Assembly (NCBI GenBank): GCA_964494475.1
Contig: CAZBRS010000022.1
Coordinates: 1-18,651 of the forward strand
Origin: an uncultured Myxococcales bacterium
GTDB lineage: Bacteria; Myxococcota_A; UBA9042; CAZBRS01
Direction: 5' to 3'
Length of the DNA: 18,651 nt
The notes under the pieces were generated by a model. That model did not search any database, was not told where the DNA came from, and was given only the letters and a program-made list of their open reading frames with translations. Made by a program: the position numbers and the translations under genes. Shown piece after piece: positions 7,466-16,419 of the stretch; position 1 is the first letter of the stretch; every line of letters begins with the position of its first letter.

Positions 7466-9001
7466 ATGGCCCGCGTCCCGCTCTTCTGGCTCTTCGGAGC
7501 CCTGCTCGTCGCCTGCTCGAACCCGGCGCCCGAAGGCGCCGTGGCCTCGACGGCCGCCGCCCTCGGCAAGGCCGACGGCACCGACGCCGCCGACCAGGCC
7601 TGCCAGGTCGTGCTGCGCTCCGTGGCGCGCCAGCCGGGCGGACCCGACGACGAGACCGACGGGCCCGAGGCCTCCTCCCTGTACGTGTGGCGCGGCGCCG
7701 TCGACGTGGCGGAGACCGTCCCCGCCGACGCCACCGTGCACGTGCTCTACCACCTGGCCTCCGATCCCACCTGGTGGGAGGTCGAGGCCAGCCCCGAGGT
7801 CGCCAGCACGCCGGGCTACCGCCGCTACGCCTTCGCCCTCAGCGACCAGCTCTTCGGACCGGGCGCCGACGCCTCCGGGCTGTCCCTTCAGCTCGTGGCC
7901 TTCGTGCGCGACCCCGAGGGCGGCCGCCTCTTCGACCACAACCGCTTCCCCGGCGACTTCGACAACCTGACGCTCACCGCCGCCGACGGCTTCGCGGGCA
8001 ACGACGGCGGCGTGTGCCAGCCCACGGTCGGCAACCTCTACTTCTCGGACGACTGGAGCGAGACGGCCTACGGCGCGCGCCGGCAGGGCGGCTGGCTGCA
8101 GCTCAGCTTCGACCTCGACCGCCTGCCCCAGTGCCGCGGCACCCACAACGGCCACCCGGCCTGGGACGTGGTCGCCTACGCGAAGTTCCTGCCCGGCGGC
8201 CAGCTCGTCGAGGGCAGCGTGCGCGACTTCGTGTCGAACTACGGCACGCCCACCAACGAGGCCGTCGAGAAGCCGCTGGTCGTGCGCATCCCCGACGACG
8301 CCCAGTCGGTGCAGATCTGGTTCCGCAATTTCTCGGGCGCCGGCTCCACGTGCGAGGCCTGGGACTCGAACCTCGACGCCAACTACGCCTTCGACATCTG
8401 GCCCGCAGCCGACGACGCCCGCTGCCTGGGCGTCGAAAAGGCGCGCGATCTGCACGCCGAGTCGGACCAGATGGTGCTGAACGAGGCCGCCTGCCTGCCC
8501 TACGACCTGGCCGCCAACGCCGACGCCGCGCCCTGCGAGTTGGTCGTCGAGGGCTTCGGCGACGGGTACATGGGCCACTACGGCATCCCCTTCCACTGGC
8601 TCGTGAGCTACCTGCGCGTGGGGGCGGTCGACGGCGAGGTCCTGAACGCCGGGCAGTACAGCCGCACCGTCGACAACAAGACCGGCGTCACCGCCGAACA
8701 CTTCTCGTTGGGGCTGCCCCTCGGCGACGGGCTCTACCGGGCGGGAAAGCCCTACTACGTGACCGGAATGCAGATGATGGGCGCGGTCGACGTGCGCGTC
8801 GAGGTCGTGGCCTTCTTCGTCGACGTGCGCCGCCCCTCGGGCGACGTGGTGCGCCTCTGGGTCAGCCACGGCGGCGCCAACTACACGCTGGCCGATGCCT
8901 TCGCCCTCCCCACCACGCGCGTCTACATCCCCTACGGCAACCTCAGCTGGGCCAACGCCGACGCGCCCATCTTCGAATCGCGTAAGGCCTGCCCGCTGTA
9001 G
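7466..9001 (+). CDS. Hypothetical lipoprotein with no recognisable domain
   Basis: The N-terminus MARVPLFWLFGALLVACS carries a lipobox LVAC. GGAG lies 8 nt upstream of the ATG. The composition is diverse and protein-like (Trp, Tyr, Asn, Asp). The antisense ORF 7307..9034 is Arg/Gly/Ala-rich and is an artefact. Confidence 0.6.
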   Translation: MARVPLFWLFGALLVACSNPAPEGAVASTAAALGKADGTDAADQACQVVLRSVARQPGGPDDETDGPEASSLYVWRGAVDVAETVPADATVHVLYHLASDPTWWEVEASPEVASTPGYRRYAFALSDQLFGPGADASGLSLQLVAFVRDPEGGRLFDHNRFPGDFDNLTLTAADGFAGNDGGVCQPTVGNLYFSDDWSETAYGARRQGGWLQLSFDLDRLPQCRGTHNGHPAWDVVAYAKFLPGGQLVEGSVRDFVSNYGTPTNEAVEKPLVVRIPDDAQSVQIWFRNFSGAGSTCEAWDSNLDANYAFDIWPAADDARCLGVEKARDLHAESDQMVLNEAACLPYDLAANADAAPCELVVEGFGDGYMGHYGIPFHWLVSYLRVGAVDGEVLNAGQYSRTVDNKTGVTAEHFSLGLPLGDGLYRAGKPYYVTGMQMMGAVDVRVEVVAFFVDVRRPSGDVVRLWVSHGGANYTLADAFALPTTRVYIPYGNLSWANADAPIFESRKACPL

Positions 9002-9067
9002 GGGCGCTGCTCGCGGCGCCCGCGGGGCCTGCAATTGTCGAACCTAATGATCCGATTGACTTTTTCC

Positions 9068-9095
9068 TTGTATGCGGGGTCGCCCTGACTATACT
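9068..9095 (+). promoter_or_regulatory. Candidate sigma70-type promoter: TTGTAT (-35) at 9068-9073, a 16-nt spacer, then TATACT (-10) at 9090-9095, in the AT-richer spacer before the activase gene
   Basis: Hexamers read directly. The region 9040-9075 is locally AT-rich. A promoter here would place the transcription start near 9103. That is consistent with translation from the ATG at 9138 (GGAG at 9126-9129) rather than the ORF-track ATG at 9072. Confidence 0.3.
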
Positions 9096-9137
9096 CCGCG
9101 CCGTCAGGAGAGGTCCATCCTCAGCGGAGCGATAGAG

Positions 9138-12100
9138 ATGAGCTACGATTCCAGGCTGGCAGCTTTTCTAGCGGGCGAACACGAGTTCAACCCCGGCGTC
9201 GACGCCGGCCCGCGGGCCCCCGCCACGATCGTGGGCCTCGACGTGGGCGCGGTCTCGGTGGGCGTGGTGGCCTTCACGGAGGCCGGCGCCGTACGCACCG
9301 CGTGGCACCGCCACGAGGGGCACCCCGTGCGCCTGGCGAAGAGACTGCTGGCCGACGTGAACGCCCACCCGACGGCGCGGCTCGGCGTGATCGGCGCAGG
9401 CGCCCTGCGCCTGACCGAGCAGGGCGTGGGCACGCGCGTCGACGCCGTCAGGGCGCTGATCCTGGCCACGCGCGCGCGCTTTCCCGAGGCGCGGCACCTG
9501 CTCGACGTGGGCGGCGGCTCCCTGTCGCGCATCTCGCTGGGCGACGACGGCATGGTGGCCGAATACGCCACCAACTCGCTGTGCGCCGCCGGCACCGGCT
9601 CGTTCCTCGACGAGCAGGCGCGCCGCCTTGGCCTCGACCTCGAGGCCACCCACACCTGGCAGCCCGTCGACGAGCCCCCCGCCATCGCCACCCGCTGCGC
9701 GGTGTTCGCGAAGAGCGATCTCATCCACCGCCAGCAGGAGGGCTACTCGAAGCCCGAGATGTGGTCGGGCCTCTGCCGCGGGCTGTCGGCCACCATCGTG
9801 ACCACGCTCTTCAAGGGCAAGCCCGCGCGCGGGCTCACCGTGGCCGTGGGCGGCGTGGCGCGCAACGCCGAGGTGCTGCGCTGGCTCGGCGAGCGCCTGC
9901 CCGACGGGGTCGCCACCTTCGAGACGGCCCACCTGGCCGGCGCCGCGGGCGCGGCCCTGCTGGCCGACGAGGCCGAGAGCCGGGGCGTCTGCCCCTGGAC
10001 CGCCCTCGACGAGCACGAGGCGGCCACCAGCGACGAACCCCGCCGCGCTCCCCTGGTGCTCACGCGCACGAAGTACCCCTCGTTCGACGTGGCCGAAGCC
10101 TACACCGACCTCGAGGCCAACGAGGTGCGCGTGCACGCCTGGCCCGAGGGCGAGGGCGCCGTGAAGGCCTGGCTGGGCCTCGACGTGGGCTCCACCAGCA
10201 CCAAGGCGCTGGTGCTCGGCGACGACGGCCGGGTCCTGGTCGACGTGTACCGCATGACGGGCGGCGACCCCCTGGGCGCCACGCGCAAGCTGTTCACGGC
10301 CCTCGACGCCCTCTTCACGGGCCGCGGACGCCCCCTCGCGGTGCTGGGCGCCGCCACCACCGGCTCGGGCCGCAAGCTGGTGGGCGCGGTCATCGGCGCC
10401 GACCTGGTGCAGAACGAGATCACGGCCCACGTGACGGGGGCCATGGCGGTCGACCCCACCATCGACACCATCTTCGAGATCGGCGGCCAGGACGCCAAGT
10501 ACATGGACTGCCGCGGCGGCTACTGCCGCGACGCCGCCATGAACTACGTGTGCGCCGCCGGCACGGGCTCGTTCGTGGCCGAGCAGGCCGCGCGCCTGGG
10601 CTTTCGCGTGCAGGACATCGGCGACGCCACGCTGGGCGTCGCGCCACCCATGACCTCGGACCGCTGCACCGTGTTCATGGAGCAGGACGTCGACACCCTG
10701 GTGCGCCGCGGCTTCCGGCGCGACGAGGTGATGGCCGCCGTGCTCTACTCGGTCATCCGCAACTACCTGACCAAGGTGGTGGGCTCGCGCTACCGCAGCC
10801 CCCACAAGGTCTTCTTCCAGGGCGCCACGGCCCGCAACAAGGGGTTGGTCGCCGCCCTCGAGAACCTGCTGGGCGTCGAGGTCGTGGTCTCGCCGCTCTG
10901 CCACGTGATGGGCGCCTACGGCGTGGCGATGCTCGCGAAGCAGCGGGCCGCCGAGAGCCCCGCCCACCGCACGCGCTTCCTGGGCCTCGACCTCGCCTCG
11001 CGCGACGTGAAGCTCACCGAGGAGGTGTGCGAACTCTGCGAAAACAAGTGCAGCGTCACCCACGCCCACGTCGAGGGGGCGCCCGCGCCCGTGTCGTGGG
11101 GCTACCTGTGCGGCCGCGAGCCCGACGAGCACCGCGTGCGCCAGACGCCCGGCTACGAGGCCTTCCGCGAGCGCCAGAAGGCGTGGCGCAAGGCCGCGCG
11201 CGTCCAGGCGCCCCGCAAGGGCAAGGTGGGCCTGCCGCGCGCCATGTCCACCTTCGGCTACCTGCCGCTGCTGCAGGGCTTCCTGGCCGAGCTCGGCTGG
11301 GAGACCGTGCTCTCGAAGCGCACCGACGAGGGCATCGTGCGCGACAGCGCCGAAGCGGCCGCCGCCGACTTCTGCTTTCCCATCAAGCTGGCCCACGGGC
11401 ACCTGTTCGACCTGGCGCGCCAGCCCGAGCTCGCTTGGATCCTCACGCCCATCTTCCTGTCCGAGCGCAACGACCCCAAGAAGAGCATCGCCTCGAACTT
11501 CTGCCCCCTGAACACGGGCCTGTCGGCCATGTACAAGGCGTCGCTCGCCCTGCGCGGCGAGGACCCGGAGCGCGTGCTGCGCCCCTGCATCGACCTGCGC
11601 TGGAGCGAGGCGCGCCAGCTCCGCGAGCTGAAGGAGACCGTGGGCGCGGCCCTCGACGCCAGCCCAGAGCAGCTGCGCCGCGCCTGGAAGGCCGGCCTCG
11701 TGGCCCAGGCGCGCTTCGATCGCGAGCGCTTCCAGGTGGGCGCCGACGCGCTGGCCCGCATCGCCACCTCGGGCAAGCCGGCCGTGGTGGTGCTCGGCCG
11801 CCCCTACAACCTGCACGACGAGCGCGCCAACATCGGCCTGCCCCGCAAAATCGCCGAGTACGGCCTCGAGGTCGTGCCCCTCGATTGCCTGCAGTTCGAC
11901 CGCAACGACCTGCCCGCCGACTTCCACAACGTGTTCTGGAAGCTCGGCCAGGACATCCTGCTGGGCGCCCGCCTGGTGGCGCAGACGCCCAATCTGTACG
12001 CCGTGGTGCTCACCAACTTCTCGTGCGGCCCCGACTCGTTCGTGCTCACCTACCTGCAGGAGATCCTGGGCCAGAAGCCGCACCTGATCCTCGAGCTGGA

Positions 12101-13460
12101 CGAGCACGGCGCCGACGCCGGCTACGTCACGCGCGTCGAGGCCTTCCTCGACGTGGTGAAGCGCGACGCCACCCGCGTGCCCGAGCTCGTGATCCCGCGC
12201 CCCGACGAGTCCTCCGCGGCGCTGCGCGAGCGCACCGTCTGGCTGCCGCCCATGCACTCCATCGGCACGCCCTTGATGGCCGCCGCCCTCCGGGGCGCCG
12301 GCTTCGACGCGCGGCCCCTGCCCCCCGAGACCCGCAAGGACTTCGAGCGCGGCCGCGCCCTGACCCGCGGCACCGAGTGCCTGCCCGCGCCCTGCTCGCT
12401 GGGCGCGTTCCTCGGCGTGGTCGAGGAGCAGAAGCTCGACCCGAAGAAGCAGGCGCTCTTCATGCCCAAGGCCGCGGGCCCCTGCCGGTTCGGGCAGTAC
12501 GCGCTGCTCTATCGCCTGGTGCTGAACCGCGCGGGGCTCGGCGACGTGGCCATCATGAGCCCCGTGTCCGAGAACGCCTACGCCGACATCGGCGGCGGCG
12601 ACATCACGCTGTGGCTGTGGCGCGCCATGCTGACGGCCGACATGCTCTTCAAGCTGGGCTGCCGCGTGCGCCCCTACGAGCTCGAGCCGGGCCGCACCGA
12701 TCGCCTGCTGGCCCGCGCGATCGCCCGCATGACCACGTGCTTCGAGCGCCACGACGACCCGGTGCCCGTGCTGCGGTCGATCGTGCAGCAGATGGCGCTC
12801 ATCCCGACCGACCCGAAGCCCCGGCCGCTGGTCGGCATCGTGGGCGAGATCTACGTGCGCTCGAACGTCTTCGCCAACCAGGACCTGGTGCGCGCCATCG
12901 AGCGAGCGGGCGGCGAGGCCTGGCTCACGCCCATGTCCGAGTGGATCCGCTACCTGGGCTGGCGCGACACCTGCATGGCCCGCGAGACGCCCCTGCGCCT
13001 CGGAAACCTCGCCGCGACCCACCTCAAGCACGCCTACCTGGCCGCCGAGGAGCACGTGTGGGAGGCCGCCACGGCGCCGCTGCTCCAGGACCGCCACGAG
13101 CCGCCCCTGCACGAGACCATCGAGGCCGGCCGCCCCTGGATCCCCATCGACTTCGAGGGCGAGGCCATCCTGACCATCGGCCGCGTGAAGAAGTTCGCCG
13201 AGCAGGGCGCCGCCTTCGTCGTGAACGTCAGCCCCTTCGGCTGCATGGTGGGCGCGCTCTCGGCCTCGGTGCTGCAGAAGGTGCAGGACGACACGGGCGT
13301 GCCCGTGCTCAACATGTTCTACGACGGCGACGGCGACCTGAACCGCGTGCTCGACGTGTTCCTGGCCAGCGCGGCCAAGGGCGAGGTCCTCGAGGTGCCC
13401 CCGGACTATGCCTGCCCGCCCAGCGCGTGCGAGGCCTGCGCCGGCGGGTGCCATTCCTGA
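9138..13460 (+). CDS. Fused CoA-substrate-specific enzyme activase: two tandem BadF/BadG/BcrA/BcrD (HgdC-like) ATPase domains plus a large HgdB/DUF2229-like C-terminal domain with a Cys cluster
   Basis: Domain 1 runs roughly from 9228 to 10010 and domain 2 from 10167 to 10930. Each carries DxGG (LDVGGGS and FEIGGQD), the HgdC signature CAAGTGSF (NSLCAAGTGSFLDEQARRLG and NYVCAAGTGSFVAEQAARLG), the second conserved Cys (RCAVFAKSD and RCTVFMEQD) and the adenosine motif (GGVARN and GATARNKG). The C-terminal roughly 830 aa contain CELCENKCSVTHA...YLCG. The start is ambiguous: the ORF track gives 9072, while 9138 has an SD. The antisense ORFs of 1428 and 1426 aa are GC artefacts. Confidence 0.85.
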   Translation: MSYDSRLAAFLAGEHEFNPGVDAGPRAPATIVGLDVGAVSVGVVAFTEAGAVRTAWHRHEGHPVRLAKRLLADVNAHPTARLGVIGAGALRLTEQGVGTRVDAVRALILATRARFPEARHLLDVGGGSLSRISLGDDGMVAEYATNSLCAAGTGSFLDEQARRLGLDLEATHTWQPVDEPPAIATRCAVFAKSDLIHRQQEGYSKPEMWSGLCRGLSATIVTTLFKGKPARGLTVAVGGVARNAEVLRWLGERLPDGVATFETAHLAGAAGAALLADEAESRGVCPWTALDEHEAATSDEPRRAPLVLTRTKYPSFDVAEAYTDLEANEVRVHAWPEGEGAVKAWLGLDVGSTSTKALVLGDDGRVLVDVYRMTGGDPLGATRKLFTALDALFTGRGRPLAVLGAATTGSGRKLVGAVIGADLVQNEITAHVTGAMAVDPTIDTIFEIGGQDAKYMDCRGGYCRDAAMNYVCAAGTGSFVAEQAARLGFRVQDIGDATLGVAPPMTSDRCTVFMEQDVDTLVRRGFRRDEVMAAVLYSVIRNYLTKVVGSRYRSPHKVFFQGATARNKGLVAALENLLGVEVVVSPLCHVMGAYGVAMLAKQRAAESPAHRTRFLGLDLASRDVKLTEEVCELCENKCSVTHAHVEGAPAPVSWGYLCGREPDEHRVRQTPGYEAFRERQKAWRKAARVQAPRKGKVGLPRAMSTFGYLPLLQGFLAELGWETVLSKRTDEGIVRDSAEAAAADFCFPIKLAHGHLFDLARQPELAWILTPIFLSERNDPKKSIASNFCPLNTGLSAMYKASLALRGEDPERVLRPCIDLRWSEARQLRELKETVGAALDASPEQLRRAWKAGLVAQARFDRERFQVGADALARIATSGKPAVVVLGRPYNLHDERANIGLPRKIAEYGLEVVPLDCLQFDRNDLPADFHNVFWKLGQDILLGARLVAQTPNLYAVVLTNFSCGPDSFVLTYLQEILGQKPHLILELDEHGADAGYVTRVEAFLDVVKRDATRVPELVIPRPDESSAALRERTVWLPPMHSIGTPLMAAALRGAGFDARPLPPETRKDFERGRALTRGTECLPAPCSLGAFLGVVEEQKLDPKKQALFMPKAAGPCRFGQYALLYRLVLNRAGLGDVAIMSPVSENAYADIGGGDITLWLWRAMLTADMLFKLGCRVRPYELEPGRTDRLLARAIARMTTCFERHDDPVPVLRSIVQQMALIPTDPKPRPLVGIVGEIYVRSNVFANQDLVRAIERAGGEAWLTPMSEWIRYLGWRDTCMARETPLRLGNLAATHLKHAYLAAEEHVWEAATAPLLQDRHEPPLHETIEAGRPWIPIDFEGEAILTIGRVKKFAEQGAAFVVNVSPFGCMVGALSASVLQKVQDDTGVPVLNMFYDGDGDLNRVLDVFLASAAKGEVLEVPPDYACPPSACEACAGGCHS

Positions 13461-13467
13461 CGTCGCG

Positions 13468-14766
<1,299 letters not shown>

Positions 14767-14812
14767 GGACCTCCGAAAAGCCGGCGGAGTATAGGTCGGA
14801 GGGGAGCCCGGA

Positions 14813-16342
14813 TCAATCGCAGGTGATGCTCAGCTTGTAGTCGCCCCAGCCGAACGAGGAGTATTCCTCGACCACGAAGAAGAAGACCTGGCCCGGCGAG
14901 GCGCTGGAGGACACGGACTCGGACCAGGAGCCGCCGGTCGAGGAGTCGACGCACTGGGTGGCGTAGCACTGCCCCTTCAACAGGTACAGGTCGAGATCGT
15001 CGTCGTCGTCGTCGACGATGCTGAGGCTGGCCGAGACCGACGTGACGCCGGTCGGGACGACCACCACGTAGATGTCGTCGGCGCCCGACGCCGTCTGTGC
15101 GCTGCACCCGCTGTAGCCGTTCAGGTGGTTGGAGGCGGCGCGCTCGGTGGCCGTGGTCTGTCCGCAGGAGAGCGCCACGGCGCCCTGGCACACCGGGGGC
15201 AGACACGCGGCCGCGGCCGCGCACTGGCTGTCGGCGCAGTCGGTGGTGCCATCCCCGTCGTTGTCGACCGTGTCGGCGCAGCTGGTCTCGATGCAGGGCT
15301 CGGTGGCGCCGCAGTCGGGGTCGGCGCAATCGGTGGCGCCGTCGGCGTCGTTGTCGGCGGCGTCGCCGCAGGCCGCCTCGTAGCAGGGCAGCACGTGGGC
15401 GCAGTCGCTGTCGGCGCAATCGGTGGCGCCGTCCCAGTCCTCGTCGACGCCGTCGGCGCACGCGGTCTCGGAGCAGGCGCCGCAGTCGGCCGTGCAGTCC
15501 TCGCACGTCTCGTAGGGCTCGCCGCACACGTCGTCGCCGCAGATGGGGCAGAGATCGATCGGCCCCGGCTGGCACACGCCACCCGCGCAGGTGTCGTTGC
15601 CGGTGCAGGCGTCGCCGTCGTTGCAGGTGCCGCCGGTCTTCGGCGTGGCCTTGCAGCCAACCCCCGGCACGCACGCGTCGGTGGTGCAGTCGTTGCCGTC
15701 GTCGCAGTCCTTCACCGAGCCCTGGAAGCAGAGGCCCGACAGGCAGTAGTCGCCCGTGGTGCACACGTTGCCGTCTTCGCAGGGGGAGTTGTCGAAGGCC
15801 TTGGTGTGCTGACAGGTGCCGCCCGGCAGGCACGAATCGACCGTGCAGGGCTTCTGGTCGTCGCAGTGGGCGGCCAGCGAGCACTCGACGTTGTCGGGCG
15901 GAGGGGGAACGTCGGGCGCGGGCTCTACCGTGTCGACGGGGTCGGGCACGTCGGGCAGGGCCTCGACCGCGTCGGGGTCGCCGGGGCCCGGGTCGAGCCC
16001 GGGATCCGAGACCCCGTCCGGCGCCGGCTCGCCCACGTCGGCGGTGGGCTCCGCCCCGTCGGGGATCGGCTCGGCCGGTGTCAGCGCGTCGACGTCGGAC
16101 GACACGTCGGGGCCGTCGGGGCGCGCGTCGACGCTCCCCGCCCCGTCGTCGGGCCCGCCGTCGCCGGTCGCGACGTCGGCGGGCTTCACGGTCTCGTTGC
16201 CGCCCCACGCCACGTCGACGGGGCCATTGTCGGGGAAGGTCCACGTGACGTCGTCGCCCGCCGACGTGCCGCCGCAGGCGCCGAGCGCTCCGAGGAGCAC
16301 GGTCGCGAGCAGGATCGGGAGCAGGCGCGACGTCACGGTCAA
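14813..16342 (-). CDS. Secreted lipoprotein with a Pro/Asp-rich linker, tandem Myxococcus-type cysteine-rich repeats, DCADxDC repeats and a C-terminal pre-peptidase (PPC) domain
   Basis: The lipobox is LGALGACGG. The linker is acidic and Pro/Asp-rich (PDGPDVSSD...PDVPPPPDN). There are five or more repeats of C-x-D-G/D-N-x-C-T-x-D-x-C-x-x-G-x-C, for example [18 protein letters not shown] and [18 protein letters not shown]. There are four repeats of D-G-x-x-DCAD-x-x-C. The C-terminal DDIYVVVVP...DLDLYLL...[10 protein letters not shown]...GDYKLSI is PPC-like. The start is TTG at 16342 per the ORF track, or GTG two codons downstream. Confidence 0.7.
   Translation of the reverse strand: MTVTSRLLPILLATVLLGALGACGGTSAGDDVTWTFPDNGPVDVAWGGNETVKPADVATGDGGPDDGAGSVDARPDGPDVSSDVDALTPAEPIPDGAEPTADVGEPAPDGVSDPGLDPGPGDPDAVEALPDVPDPVDTVEPAPDVPPPPDNVECSLAAHCDDQKPCTVDSCLPGGTCQHTKAFDNSPCEDGNVCTTGDYCLSGLCFQGSVKDCDDGNDCTTDACVPGVGCKATPKTGGTCNDGDACTGNDTCAGGVCQPGPIDLCPICGDDVCGEPYETCEDCTADCGACSETACADGVDEDWDGATDCADSDCAHVLPCYEAACGDAADNDADGATDCADPDCGATEPCIETSCADTVDNDGDGTTDCADSQCAAAAACLPPVCQGAVALSCGQTTATERAASNHLNGYSGCSAQTASGADDIYVVVVPTGVTSVSASLSIVDDDDDDLDLYLLKGQCYATQCVDSSTGGSWSESVSSSASPGQVFFFVVEEYSSFGWGDYKLSITCD
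14997..15014. repeat. Perfect 18-bp trinucleotide tract (TCG)6 on the plus strand, encoding the poly-Asp run DDDDDD of the PPC-domain lipoprotein
   Basis: Read directly as gatcgtcgtcgtcgtcgtcgac. It is in frame with the minus-strand codons GAC/GAT. Confidence 0.8.
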
Positions 16343-16369
16343 TGGTTCCGCGTACGATGGGTCCGACGA

Positions 16370-16398
16370 ATCTTAGGGGAGTCGGGGGGGCGGGTCAA
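16370..16398 (-). promoter_or_regulatory. Candidate minus-strand promoter: TTGACC (-35, reverse complement of 16393-16398), a 17-nt spacer, then TAAGAT (-10, reverse complement of 16370-16375), in the 77-nt spacer upstream of the Cys-rich lipoprotein gene
   Basis: Hexamers and spacing read directly. The -10 is weak (4 of 6). If it is real, the lipoprotein gene and thiC could be transcribed independently of thiE. Confidence 0.25.
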
Positions 16399-16419
16399 TC
16401 GACACGGAAGGCGGGCGCC

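Noticed and set aside
9003-9022. GGGCGC-N8-GCGCCC hairpin after the lipoprotein gene, considered as an intrinsic terminator.
   Set aside because: No downstream U-tract. It cannot be called a Rho-independent terminator from sequence alone.
14813-14900. Fragments resembling the TPP riboswitch core (CUGAGC, ACCUGCGAUUGAUCCGGG) on the minus strand just upstream of thiC.
   Set aside because: The invariant 3' half (UAAUxCC...GCGxAGGGA) and the P1 pairing are missing. The stretch is the in-frame C-terminus (…[10 protein letters not shown]) of the PPC-domain protein.
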